A stretch of 63,974 nt of DNA, the filler included, from Globobulimina sp. (taxonomy: Eukaryota): NCBI GenBank assembly GCA_003354225.1. It is 53 parts of 53 records of this genome, joined end to end, with 100 filler letters (N's around TTAATTAATTAA, not from the genome) between each part and the next. Parts side by side here need not be neighbours in the genome. Positions count along the whole stretch, not along the records: positions 24,191 to 25,299 come from PIVH01023278.1; positions 25,400 to 26,508 come from PIVH01023279.1; positions 26,609 to 27,717 come from PIVH01023280.1; positions 27,818 to 28,926 come from PIVH01023281.1; positions 29,027 to 30,135 come from PIVH01023282.1; positions 30,236 to 31,344 come from PIVH01023283.1; positions 31,445 to 32,553 come from PIVH01023284.1; positions 32,654 to 33,762 come from PIVH01023285.1; 45 more parts are not named here. One strand, 5' to 3'. Under the pieces are notes generated by a model that saw nothing but the letters and a program-made list of their open reading frames with translations, did no database searches and was not told the DNA's origin. The translations under genes and the position numbers were made by a program. Positions 24,213-36,280 of this stretch are shown piece by piece; the stretch's first letter is position 1, and each line of letters opens with the position of its first letter.

Positions 24213-24707
24213 TTAGATTGAAGTGATAGTATTAAACGATTTAATTTGTGTTAAATCGAACAACAAAAAAATACCATCAAATTTTGCATAATTTTCTGTT
24301 GATACGTTATTCAAATAATCCATTTCAAATTTAATTGATGAATTATATATTTTGAATTGTTTCATACAATATCGTGGCAATTTGCTATGTAAATACCGCG
24401 AAACAATACTATCTCCGATCACACCCAATTTGAACAAACAGCACTGTACATTAAATCGCCTCGCTGACCATGACAAAATTGCTGGTTTGTTAATAGCGTT
24501 TCTTCGCTCTTACAAACAACAATTTTTTAGTATATTTTTTGTTTGTTTCTACCAAACAAACGTACCTCTTTTACGTACTCTGCCTCGACCTCTCCCCCTT
24601 CCTCGACCCCTTCCGCGACCTCCACCCCTTCCTCGACCACCTACACGACCACCTCCTCGACCGCCACCTCCTATAAATACATTATCATGATGTTTGTTTA
24701 ACGCCAT
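24213..24707 (-). CDS. RGG/GR-rich N-terminus spliced to a degenerate Ras-like GTPase region; intron 24565-24509
   Basis: ATG 24707 MALNKHHDNVFIGGGGRGGGR...RGRVRKR|ERRNAINK...FKLGVIGDS...DGIFLLFDLTQIKSF. The splice restores the frame. Confidence 0.55.
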
Positions 24708-24766
24708 GTTGCAATTATAAAAAACATTAAAACATTTACTCTACAATCTAGATTCACTGCACACAA

Positions 24767-25299
24767 ATGGCTACGCAAAGCACTGCTGCTCAAGTTATTA
24801 TGATCGCTGATTTATGGGGTTTACCACAATCTGCTGTTAGTGAAAAGTTGTTACAATTAAAATCCTTAATTCGCGATACCTCCGATGAAATATTATTGGA
24901 TTACTTATTAAAATATGATTTAAATATTGAAAAGGCAGTAAATCTGCATTTTAATCAATTAGTAAAACCAACTCAGTCTTTGCAATCGGAGCGGAAAAAC
25001 AAACCAAATACAAATCGCAAACCTGTCAAACCAAATACATCGGAAAATGAAAAACCAACTTGTTCGATTTGTGGATCATCAATGTCTCCGTTTTTAATTG
25101 ATAATCATATAAGACATTGTGCCAAAGATTATAAAAAGCAACAAGAAAAACAAAAAAATGAACTAAAAGCTGCTGCCATTGCAATGGAGGAAAAAGAATC
25201 AGAATTAATGCAAAATTATCATCAACGTAATGAACCTTATGAACCTGTGGAAGATAAGATGATTGGATGTAGATTTTGTGAGTTTCAGTGTATAGCTAT
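24767..25299 (+). CDS. UBA/CUE-like plus UBZ zinc-finger protein, 3' truncated
   Basis: SDEILLDYLLKYDLNIEKAVNLHF (UBA-like) and CSICGSSMSPFLIDNHIRHC (C2HC, UBZ-like). Confidence 0.65.
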
Positions 25300-25399
25300 N
25301 NNNNNNNNNNNNNNNNNNNNNNNNNNNNNNNNNNNNNNNNNNNTTAATTAATTAANNNNNNNNNNNNNNNNNNNNNNNNNNNNNNNNNNNNNNNNNNNN

Positions 25400-26244
25400 A
25401 ACCATTAATCGAGATCTTTTTTTCCTTCTTTTCTGTGTTATTTTCCATATATTGCATTAAATGAAGCTTTTGTGTGGATATTTGAATCGAATTATTAATG
25501 GTTTGCCGGATATTTGACATGTCTTTAAAATTAATATTGATTTTATGGACTAATTCAATATTTTTGTATTTGTTTTGCCATTCCGTCCAAATATTAGTAA
25601 TTGTTTGATATCGCTCATCAAAATTAATGTTGTTTTTATTTGGAATAAATAAGGATTCACATTTAATTTTTGCTTCTTTTAACGCATTTTGACAATTTAG
25701 AATTTGTTTGTTTTGTTCTTTTTTATTTTTATAATTATCGCTAAGAGAAATTAGTATTTCTTTTCTTTTCTTATTTATCAGATTTATGATGGAGTCCAGC
25801 GTACAATTTATTAACTCTTCATTTTGTTTAAATGTCTTATTGTCATTCTCAATGCAGTCATTTGTCCATGGATAGGCTAATAATTTGCTATTAATGTCAT
25901 TCATAATCAACTGTTCTTTTTGTGTAATTATGGTATAAACGGATTGTGGAATACCAATTTCTTTCAAACACCGTTTAAATCGCAATCGATGAATCAAATC
26001 AAGGGCCAAATCGCGAGATAATTCTTCAACATCTTTTTCTGAACATTGTTCCAAAAGATTTCTTTTTTGTTTGTTTTGAAGACATGCACACAGAGCAAGG
26101 AAATAACTTAATTTAAGCAAATATGAAATGCATAGAATTCAAATACTTGGAATAGCCCTTTGCCACCAATTTTTCATAGACATTTGATAACTCATGTTTT
26201 ACTAACAATTGTTTCAAAGTGTTTGTGTCCTTTAAAAGTGCCAT
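25400..26244 (-). CDS. SAM-like domain plus coiled-coil protein; intron 26146-26062; 3' truncated
   Basis: Spliced N-terminus LKQLLVKHELSNVYEKLVAKGYSK|NLLEQCSEKDVEELSRDLALDLIHRLRFKRCL. Confidence 0.65.
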
Positions 26245-26608
26245 GCAAATTTCAAAATAGTGAGAGACAAAGTTTTTTTTAGTGGGATAAATATGTTAAT
26301 AAAAACTAGGCATCAGCACACTAACTCTTTCGTCATTTTGCTTGCTTTGCGCTTTTGGTATTGTGTGTGTGTTGTATCAATCAGATAGATTCTAAAAGGA
26401 AAGACTTCAATTCTTCGAATTGGCAAAGTTAGAGATTATTGCTGCAATAGTTATGATGAAAATATCACACAATAAGTTATGATGAAAATTCAAACATGTA
26501 TTCGACTTNNNNNNNNNNNNNNNNNNNNNNNNNNNNNNNNNNNNNNNNNNNNTTAATTAATTAANNNNNNNNNNNNNNNNNNNNNNNNNNNNNNNNNNNN
26601 NNNNNNNN

Positions 26609-27607
26609 ACTATTAATTATTATATCCGTGAAACTATACGTCGTTTGGCCGATTTTACTTTCATCAATAATGACACAATCATTATTATGTTTTTTTAATA
26701 AGTATAGATACATAAAAAGTTTTAGTACAGGTGACGAACCAAATGCCACTGGGCGGGTTTCAATTTTTTTATTTACGGTCATATCAACCAAATCATCTAA
26801 TGCAATATCCAAGCGTTTATTTTGTTCTCTAATATATTTTATGTGTTTTTCTTGTTCGATTTTACGAGCATGCTCATCATTTAATTGTTTTGCAGTCTTT
26901 TTTTCTTCATACATATATGAATATCCTGTGTAGCTTTCAGAGTTTTTATATAAATCCGGCTTGTGTGTTAATTTATAATTCCATTTTTTAAGGTTTAATT
27001 TTTTAATATCGCCGTTTAGGTGGGTCTTTGATTGCTCATCAAATGGGTATATGTATATGACACTTTTTGTTTTCCCTTTGAATAATCTAACATAGTGCCA
27101 TACATCAATATTTATTTTCTTTAGCTCGCTAACCATTTTGTTTAACATTGTTTCACTACTAATAATTTCATATTTTTTTAATATTTTGACAATAGATGAC
27201 GTGGTTGATTTATTGACACTATAATAGTGTTTTATTCTATAATTGTTATCTTTTAATAAGTCATTATAGGTTAAATCGTAATATAAATCAACATCTTGTG
27301 AGAATGTATTACTTATTTTGAATGTATCATCAATATCAATTTTGCCGTTAACGCAATCAAACACGATAAATTCGGTATTGTTATCTAAACTATAAAAAGG
27401 AAGTGTTATCTCAAAACTCCCGATAAATTGTGTGTTCTGTATGGTCTTCTGTAATTTTAGTAAATCCTCATTATTATATATTTTTCCATTTTTTTTTAAA
27501 ATACTATCAAATAATTTCATATCTTTTTCTAATACGAATAATTTATTTATCTTGGGTTTATTTGCATTATAAATATTTGACAATTGCGACGTGCTATATG
27601 TTGTCAT
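26609..27607 (-). CDS. Intronless hypothetical protein, possibly of giant-virus origin; 3' truncated
   Basis: Lys/Asn/Ile-rich ORF with FGSSPVLKLFMYLYLLKKHNNDCVI motif, TATATAATG start context and short AT-rich upstream region. Confidence 0.5.
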
Positions 27608-27817
27608 TATATATTATCGATATATAATAAATTAATAAACAAGTCAATTTAATTAATATAGCAGATATTATTTTAAAATTTAATATGTATATATATTATA
27701 TACAGAATAACATGAACNNNNNNNNNNNNNNNNNNNNNNNNNNNNNNNNNNNNNNNNNNNNTTAATTAATTAANNNNNNNNNNNNNNNNNNNNNNNNNNN
27801 NNNNNNNNNNNNNNNNN

Positions 27818-28926
27818 TTCGTGTTTGAATTATTTGTGGCTGCGGATAAAAAAACATATGAACGAAACAGTTATGCTTTTAAAGACATTGAAGAGTATTT
27901 TTATAGAATGTGGATTGAGGATTGGCGGGATGTGCCAGATTGGTATACTTATTATCACGACGTGTTATTGCTTGAATTGGTGATGCGAAATGGTATAAAT
28001 ATTGATAACATTATGAGCGATTTAAATGGAGAGAAAAGTATTGAATATAAATTGCGATTAAATGTGGATAAAACTAAGATAAATGCGATGTTTGTGTATA
28101 ATTCATATTATTTATTTAATGATTGGTGCAGAAAACGAATAAATGTGTTACATCGTTTAAAGTATGTCACGAATATTATTGTACGAAACTTACAAAGCGA
28201 ACCATATCGGCCGTCTTTAATCGATACACGAATTGCAAAGGAAGCAGATCGACCGATATTTGATGGAAAGAGTTTAATATTTTCAGATTATGAATGTAAA
28301 GCACATCTACAATTTATGAAAAGATCGCCAACGAAATCGACTCATTCTAAACAATTGGATGCTGCTGGAATTGTAGCCGTAGTAGGAATGCCATCGACGG
28401 AAACAGAGATTGTCACAGAAGAACATGTAAATGATGTAATTGAGCAGAGAACATTTAATGTGCATATCTCCGACCCTTTTTTATGTCGCAATATCGATGA
28501 CGAATTATTTGGTACATTGCAGTCATTTGATTTAATGCGTTATGGCAAACCATTGGCATTATTTATTATTAATCGTTTGAAACAGGAAGAAAAAGCTTCG
28601 ATGTTTAAAATATTGGGGATATTATTTGATGTTTTGCCGTATCCCGTGGCCAAAGACTGTATAGACTCTGCAAAGCATTTTTTTCAATATATGGAGCCAG
28701 ATATGTTATATAAATTATGTTTGAATGTGGTGAAAGCTTCGCAAATTTCGCGGTTTCAACCAAGTGCAGCATTGGGTATTGCCGGATTTTTTGATGATTT
28801 ATGTGAACAGGATGTGGTTCAAAGCGATGCGTGGAAAAATATTACACACCAATTTGAAGAGATGGCAAGTAATGAAATAAATAAAATCGAAAGTAATCAT
28901 TTATTATTTATGCATTTAACTATTCC
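27818..28926 (+). CDS. Hypothetical protein, internal fragment
   Basis: Open frame spans the entire contig. The end weakly resembles the pre-TM region of TRP-like channels. Confidence 0.55.
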
Positions 28927-29026
28927 NNNNNNNNNNNNNNNNNNNNNNNNNNNNNNNNNNNNNNNNNNNNTTAATTAATTAANNNNNNNNNNNNNNNNNN
29001 NNNNNNNNNNNNNNNNNNNNNNNNNN

Positions 29027-30005
29027 CCCGCCAATGGACGATATATATTATGTATTGTTGGGGCTTTTTTGCGTTAGGGATCTTTACCTCCGCTCCCGGC
29101 CCAATCCTACCTTCATTACAATTGCAAGTCGATGTGAACTTAGCCGTCATATCCTATATTTTCAGTGCCCGGGCCATTGGCTTTGTGCTCGGTTCCTTGA
29201 TCTCTGGCTATGTCATGGATCGCTATCAAAAACATTTAATATTGTCATCGGACAACAATAATCCACAATTTTTGCTGCAAAAAAACCAAAAAATTGCCGA
29301 TTATTTATGGTCATTACCGAAATGGAGCTGGTGGCCCATGTCTGCTCATAATGTGTTTTCGCTCTCTATTTTTATCGCCGCCATCACCAATGTGGCCATA
29401 CCCTATGTAGGCAGCGTATATTCGCTGTGCGTATTGGTCATTATCAATGGTCTTTGCTTTGGGAATATAAACACATTCGGCAATGTCTTGTTATTGACTT
29501 TATTCGATATTGAAATCTCGCATGATATTGATTTTGATGTCATTTATCCAGTCATAGACGATGACAAACTAACTCTCCTCACAAAGGAAAGAGAGGAGGC
29601 GCCTGGCACAGATGCAGTGGATGCAGTGGATGCAGGTGATGCTGATATGGATATTGAATACGATGAGAATGCGGAATTAATGGAGCCATCCACGAGTTCA
29701 TATGGTTCATTATCACGCGACGACATTGGGGAGACCACTATTGTCCGTATGGCGCAGCAGGATGAACGAGTCGGTCCTTTCATGCAATTCTTGCAAGCCA
29801 TTTACGCATTGGGTGGCTTTTTAGCACCCATTTTCATTCAAATATCGTTTGAGATCAGTGGTGGATATGCTGCTTCTTTCTGGTTCTTCTCGCTGTTGTA
29901 TATTCCACCGGGGGTCATCTTGCTGTTTTATCCAGAACCCGTCCGTATGAGTGTAGTCTCGGAGCGCTTAAAACAAATTGAAAGATTGAATCGAAGTTCC
30001 TTAAG
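29027..30005 (+). CDS. MFS transporter (MFSD4/fucose-permease-like), partial
   Basis: APGPILPSL...ISYIFSARAIGFVLGSLISGYVMDR and GPFMQFLQAIYALGGFLAP. Probable intron donor near 30006. Confidence 0.85.
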
Positions 30006-30660
30006 GTATGTACAGTACACTTTGGATGACAGCAATTACAGTGTAGCATATATTAATTGCTGTGTTGTGTTGTAATTAAGTTTATTATCTGATGGTGGCG
30101 GTGCAACAACGGATGGCGAGGAAGAAGTGGATGTTNNNNNNNNNNNNNNNNNNNNNNNNNNNNNNNNNNNNNNNNNNNNTTAATTAATTAANNNNNNNNN
30201 NNNNNNNNNNNNNNNNNNNNNNNNNNNNNNNNNNNATATGTTAGACATTGTTAGCTTGAAAAGAATAGAGATTCCCATTTTTATAAATAAAGATTGACAT
30301 CTTTAAATTGGATAAATCCATTCTAATCAATCTAATTATAATCCGATCGCAAAAAAAAAGAAAGTGATCAATCATATATCGATCTTAATGTTCAATTATT
30401 CTCGTAATGTTGAGGCAAATATCCATTCATTATTACTTGGAATATTTGTGGCGATATGGCACCAAATCCGACAGATTTAGTAGCTTGCGTATGGTGCATA
30501 TTTTTGCCAGTCAGTATTAAATGCACTAAATTGATAAAAGCTACACATTCCACGTTAGTCCAATTACATTGCAATTCCATATGTTCAGCAATAAAACTTT
30601 CATCGATTTCGTTAATATCTTCTAAAATGTTTGTTTGCTCCAAATACTATTTATATTAAT

Positions 30661-31284
30661 TTATACACAAAATATGCAGAGTACATATAAAAAAGTATAT
30701 TTTACCTCTTGTTCTTTGCAGAAATTAAAAAATATATTGATTGTGGATGCTTTGTATGCAGATAGCATCAGTTCATTGTTGATGATAGCATTTAATTCCA
30801 CTGTTTGCAGTTCAAAAGTATACATAATGCAATAATGGACGATTGGAATCGGAATATTGACATTATGCTTTACTCGATGCTCTCTTACAAATCCAAATAC
30901 TGATAACTTATCACGTATTTTGATTTGAGTCAATAAATCCGGTATGTTAGTTATGTGGAAATTTGTTGAGTTCAATTTTGGTTCACAAACTTTTACAGAA
31001 TAATCATTGTAGTTTGTTTTCATTGAACGAACTGTATTTCTTAATGTTTGAATAAAATCTTTTGTTTGCTGGTCATTCCACTGCAATGCTATTTGCATAC
31101 ATTCATAAATCATACTATTATCCAAGTCTTGAATGTCTTCTTCAATATTGTTTGGGTCATATTGTTCGTCCAAACAAAAATTGGTAAATGTTTGAACAAC
31201 GTCGTGCTTGTATTTGTGTAACAATTCATCGCCAACAGTTCCAAGTTCTGAAGTCGTCATCTCGCAGTACTTAAAAGATAACAC
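30661..31284 (-). CDS. Lineage-specific hypothetical protein
   Basis: FTNFCLDEQYDPNNIEEDIQDLDNSMI and RDKLSVFGFVRE...IPIPIVHYCIMY motifs. The first resembles 41507..41920. Confidence 0.55.
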   Translation of the reverse strand: MLSFKYCEMTTSELGTVGDELLHKYKHDVVQTFTNFCLDEQYDPNNIEEDIQDLDNSMIYECMQIALQWNDQQTKDFIQTLRNTVRSMKTNYNDYSVKVCEPKLNSTNFHITNIPDLLTQIKIRDKLSVFGFVREHRVKHNVNIPIPIVHYCIMYTFELQTVELNAIINNELMLSAYKASTINIFFNFCKEQEVKYTFLYVLCIFCV

Positions 31285-32076
31285 TAGAGATAAAAAACAG
31301 CTTTAGTAAATTTTTTGGCTTAGAAACACTGCAAATTAACATCCNNNNNNNNNNNNNNNNNNNNNNNNNNNNNNNNNNNNNNNNNNNNTTAATTAATTAA
31401 NNNNNNNNNNNNNNNNNNNNNNNNNNNNNNNNNNNNNNNNNNNNATAATAATAATAATAAATGCGTTTTTATTCCACATTTACAACTTTTAGCAAAGAGA
31501 TTGGAGCAAGAAAGAAAGGAAAAGGTGAAAAAAGAAGGAAAAAAAGCGGAAATAAAGGAAGAAAAGGAAATAGAATGTAAATCGGGAATGTTTGGAAATG
31601 GATTGAATTCGCATAAAACTATGAAGAGACCAATATTGTTAATGAGAAGAATTAGTGACGTTTATGAACTAATTCCTTTTCATCGCATTGTTAGTTCTTT
31701 ACATCAAACACAATCACAAATAATTGATGTTGATTATAAATTTTTAGATGATTTAATAAGATCTGATTTTATTCAATCTGATTTTTTTGCAAATCCTATG
31801 TTGCGAGATATTAGAGAACCATCTCCATTTCAATAATATATATGATATATATTCCATTTTTTTTGATTGGTTTGATTTATTTCTATGTAATTTATTTAAT
31901 TTAATCAATAATTAGCAACTAAACAAGTAGTTGAATGTTAAATAGATATCTAAGCATCAATGATATTGAAAAAACAAGAACACACATTTTTTTAATATGT
32001 GTCCCCCAAAAAACATCAAACAAAAAACATATCACAGACTGCACAGATATTATTATTTTAGTTGCGGTTGTGATTG

Positions 32077-32553
32077 TCAATCAAAATCTGGAAAGTCCCA
32101 TTGTTGGTCTATCGAACCAGTGCAAGGAGCAACAGATATTCCAGAAGAATCAGACTGTAAACATTCACCACCCACTGTAAGTTTCATGGTTTTTCCTTTA
32201 ATTGTCCATTTTTCAACATCAGATCCGCTGCATTCACCAATCCAGACCGGTACTGGCCACATTTGATGCTCATACCTCCATCCGTCCACCGTCAAACAAG
32301 CATCATTACCAACATTTTGCATTGTTTCACCATTATAATACCATCCTGGGTGTATTGAAAGGTCTCCTCCCGCAGAACAAGAACCTTTGGATACCAGAGC
32401 GTTTCCATCTTGATAATACATACATTGATAACCATCTAACGATCTTACTGTTTTTCTCCATGAATGTGTAGGCGACGCAGTGATGTCTGTTTGAAAGGAC
32501 CATGCGTCATTTACAAGCGCCCGACAGGTACCCACCATAATTTGAGATCCGAT
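32077..32553 (-). CDS. Ricin-B (beta-trefoil) lectin domain protein, C-terminal part
   Basis: CLTVDG...GECSG...EKWT and CLQSDSSGISVAPCTGSIDQQW (QxW repeats). Confidence 0.75.
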   Translation of the reverse strand: MGSQIMVGTCRALVNDAWSFQTDITASPTHSWRKTVRSLDGYQCMYYQDGNALVSKGSCSAGGDLSIHPGWYYNGETMQNVGNDACLTVDGWRYEHQMWPVPVWIGECSGSDVEKWTIKGKTMKLTVGGECLQSDSSGISVAPCTGSIDQQWDFPDFD

Positions 32554-32833
32554 NNNNNNNNNNNNNNNNNNNNNNNNNNNNNNNNNNNNNNNNNNNNTTA
32601 ATTAATTAANNNNNNNNNNNNNNNNNNNNNNNNNNNNNNNNNNNNNNNNNNNNAATTTTAATATATTTATCGCGCGAGCTCTATTATTTCGCAAATTTTC
32701 GCTTACTTGTTGTTTATGCTGACGATGAAAAATTAAATATTTTCTGACGATGAAAAAGTTCTGACGATAAATTTTTCATTATAGTTATATTAGAAATATT
32801 TTGAGGAAAGTTTCAAAATTAAAGATGGTACAA

Positions 32834-33762
32834 TCAAACTGAAAAACTAAAAGGTTTCAATTCTGGAGTATTTGAAGATGGATTGGATTCAGGACTCATA
32901 TCAGCAACAATTGTTTTTAGCAACTCATCAATTTTAAAATGTTGACAATGCTCGGAAACCTTTCCTTTAATATTTGCTGAGATATGTTCTGTAAAATCTT
33001 TTAAATTATCACTATTCCATATTTTTTTAAATTGTTTTTTATTCAATGTTTTATTTTTTTTATCCGCTGCTTTTACCAAAATAAGCAATGATAATATATC
33101 TAAAAACTGTGTATCATTTTCAATTTTCAAATTCTCCATAAATACTTGAAAATATCCAGTCGTAATTAATGATAATATATAATCGCTTAATTCCTTTGCT
33201 TTATTTAGAATATTTCTTTCAGCTTCTTTTGATTTTGCAAATTTCTTTATTTCCTTTGATATATATTTCGTATTCACAATATTTGCAGCAATTTGCTTGG
33301 AAAATAGCTGTCCGCCATTCAAACAGTATTTAATTTCAAAATCAATCATATGCTTCGCACATTTATTAAGTATCAATACATCATATCCCTTTCGACCAAA
33401 CTCTATAAACAACTCCATTATCATTCGAGCGAGAGGTATTTCCTCAGCTAAAATAGTAGCGATCTGCATCACTTTCCAGCCTTTATTCATTGCCTTATTT
33501 CGAAACACCGCCTCATGCTTAACATACTCAGAAAGAATAGCCTTTGCATCAAAGAAAGCCATCATCAATTTAGTCACAAATGTTTGATAGAAAATTGCTT
33601 TATATTTATCATTATAAATTTCTTTGATCTCTGAAACCAAGTTTGATTTATCAATGTTTATCAACGCATTACGCATTTCATTCTGCTTCGATTTGAGTTC
33701 ATTTATCTGTTCTTGCACGTCACTTATTGGTCGAATATTTTTCTCATTATTTCTCTGATTAT
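32834..33762 (-). CDS. Hypothetical protein, 5' truncated
   Basis: ~300-aa open frame, helical, no recognised motif. Confidence 0.55.
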
Positions 33763-33862
33763 NNNNNNNNNNNNNNNNNNNNNNNNNNNNNNNNNNNNNN
33801 NNNNNNTTAATTAATTAANNNNNNNNNNNNNNNNNNNNNNNNNNNNNNNNNNNNNNNNNNNN

Positions 33863-34971
33863 AATTAATCTATACAGTACCTGTTTTTATGAGATTTTGG
33901 ATTTAATTGATTTTTTTTGTGGGCGGTGATGACCAAACGCGGTGGACGGTGTTGAACAAACGCTGCTGTAATAGACTTTGATGTGTGATTAATATACGGA
34001 GAGACTTGGAGTTGGTGACTGTATTAAACAGTTACTCAAAGTTTTACCCAACAAATCTGTGTTATCAGCTCCAAAAATGACAGCTTCCCAATCCATTAAA
34101 TTGTTCTGCTGCACTTCTGCAGAGCTTGCTGGCGAAATATAATAAAATTTACTGATAATATCGCAAACAATATGCAATTCGCAATAAATGATCGCAATTC
34201 TTTATCACCTCATCTTCGTTATCATCAATATTACAGTTTGTTGTGTCTGTTTTGAATATTTCAAAATCAGACTTCTCTGTTTCAGTCACTGTGGCTTTAG
34301 CATCAATAGCATGTGTATCATGAATCACTGATCGTACATAATTACTCTTACTCTTATTCAGCACACTAAATTTGCTTTGCGTCCTGTTACGAGAAAAATA
34401 ATTTGCTTTCTCTTGCTGTCTCCGTTTGGGTGGATCGGGCGGTAACGCCCTATGAATATATGAGTGTATATTTTTGGGCCGGGTTAATTTACCAAAAGCA
34501 ATGTCTGCATTTATGTTTGTTTCTTTGTTTGCCATTTTTCAAATGAAAATCCGCGTTTCTGTATAACACAAAACAAAAAATTAAATGTGGTGCTGGGCTT
34601 TGTGGACAGCGTATTATGTTCAACGATATATCCCATTGGATAATTATAGTTATCGTTGGATAGTTATAGCGGTCCATATATCGCCAGTATAAAAAGTTGT
34701 TTTTATGGTGCGATCAATACAACGCTATATTTACACATAAATGAGAGTGTTTGTGATAGCTATAGAATATATTGTAATGCAAATTATTTTATTTATTTAC
34801 AACAAGTAATCATATTTATATATCATCATAATATTCCGTCATCGCTACTATTAATTAATCTATACAGTACCTGTTTTTATGAGATTTTGGATTTAATTGA
34901 TTTTTTTTGTGGGCGGTGATGACCAAACGCGGTGGACGGTGTTGAACAAACGCTGCTGTAATAGACTTTGA
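33863..34971. repeat. Contig with identical 119-nt terminal direct repeat (33863-33981 = 34853-34971)
   Basis: Exact sequence identity at both contig ends. Confidence 0.92.
34149..34535 (-). CDS. Lineage-specific hypothetical protein (possibly truncated)
   Basis: Ends in IKNCDHLLRIAYCLRYYQ, similar to CTCNCVQRIIECLTYYQ near 24020-24075. Confidence 0.45.
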   Translation of the reverse strand: MANKETNINADIAFGKLTRPKNIHSYIHRALPPDPPKRRQQEKANYFSRNRTQSKFSVLNKSKSNYVRSVIHDTHAIDAKATVTETEKSDFEIFKTDTTNCNIDDNEDEVIKNCDHLLRIAYCLRYYQ

Positions 34972-35071
34972 NNNNNNNNNNNNNNNNNNNNNNNNNNNNN
35001 NNNNNNNNNNNNNNNTTAATTAATTAANNNNNNNNNNNNNNNNNNNNNNNNNNNNNNNNNNNNNNNNNNNN

Positions 35072-36180
35072 ATTCATGTTCATGTTGCTTATCCTTCTCA
35101 TTATCCGTATCCTCGACGATATTATATGCGTCTGCCGGTGTTTCTGATTCTGTGACAAATGGTAAAATAGATTTTGTTACTAATGAAGCGTTTGCATTTT
35201 CCAATGAATTTTTGCTATCAACTTTTTGTATAATCTTTGCTTTGCATAACAATTTAATTTGATTTTGTTGTTTTAAATAACTCGCTAAAACATGATTAGT
35301 TTCATTTGGAAATTTATAAATTGGAAAGTTATATGAAAATGATATAATTTTTGAGATCAAATTAAAGTGAACATCAAGCTCATCACAAATTAAATCTATC
35401 TCAAATTTGACCCCAATATAAAATGAGTTTGCAGGCAAACCACAAAGTTGAATTACAAATGCTTCCAAAAAATCATATTTAAGTACAAACATATCATAAA
35501 ATACATCACTGTGAAATTGCTTATTTTCAAGTTGTTTGTGAGTGATATTCCAATAAAATAATATTTTCTCGTTTTCTTGCAAATAATTAGTTGTATAATA
35601 ACGATATGACTTATGTGACAATTTCGGCGTTGCGACAATTTCTAAAATATTAATATTACAGTCAATAACAATTGATTCCAATAACAAAAAGCGATCAATA
35701 TAAATTTTTAAATCGAATTCTTTCAAACAAGATGTTTTTAGATTTTCTAATTTATTTTTGCGTTTGTTCTGATTATAATCATTATAATAATTATAATCCT
35801 CGTTGTTCGAATTCTGTCTGTTATCAATTGTAACAATATCAGTAAATTCTAAGCTGTGTTGAAAATGGCAATATATCTCGACATGAAATATAACAGATAC
35901 ATATTCATCGGGTAATGGGAATGACATTAATTTCACTTTGAAAAAGCTGTTGTGTTTATTTCTCTGTAATTTTAAAAAGAATTTGTTTGGTAAACCCACA
36001 TTAAACGCATCAGAATCTATATTGAGAACAAATGATCGAACAAATGGTGTTTCTTGTAATTGGGATTGAGGCGCCTCTGCATCCACCAACAATATCAGAT
36101 CAAGTGTATCAATGGTATCTGCTTCTTCCAATTCATAATGAATTAATTCATGATCAGCGGCTATCTCTTCCTCTTTGAAT
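35072..36180 (-). CDS. Hypothetical protein with MATH-like beta-rich segments, partial
   Basis: Open frame across the contig. FYWNIT...FHSDVF...IQLCGLPAN...VKFEI pattern. Confidence 0.5.
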
Positions 36181-36280
36181 NNNNNNNNNNNNNNNNNNNN
36201 NNNNNNNNNNNNNNNNNNNNNNNNTTAATTAATTAANNNNNNNNNNNNNNNNNNNNNNNNNNNNNNNNNNNNNNNNNNNN

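Noticed and set aside
24352..24690. Plus-strand proline-rich ORF
   Set aside because: It is the antisense shadow of the Gly/Arg tract, which has an ATG and consistent splice sites on the minus strand.
32719..32775. Three CTGACGAT(G/A)AA repeats as a mini-CRISPR or C/D snoRNA
   Set aside because: The repeats are too short, spacing is irregular, there are no cas genes, and no convincing C/D box pair is present.
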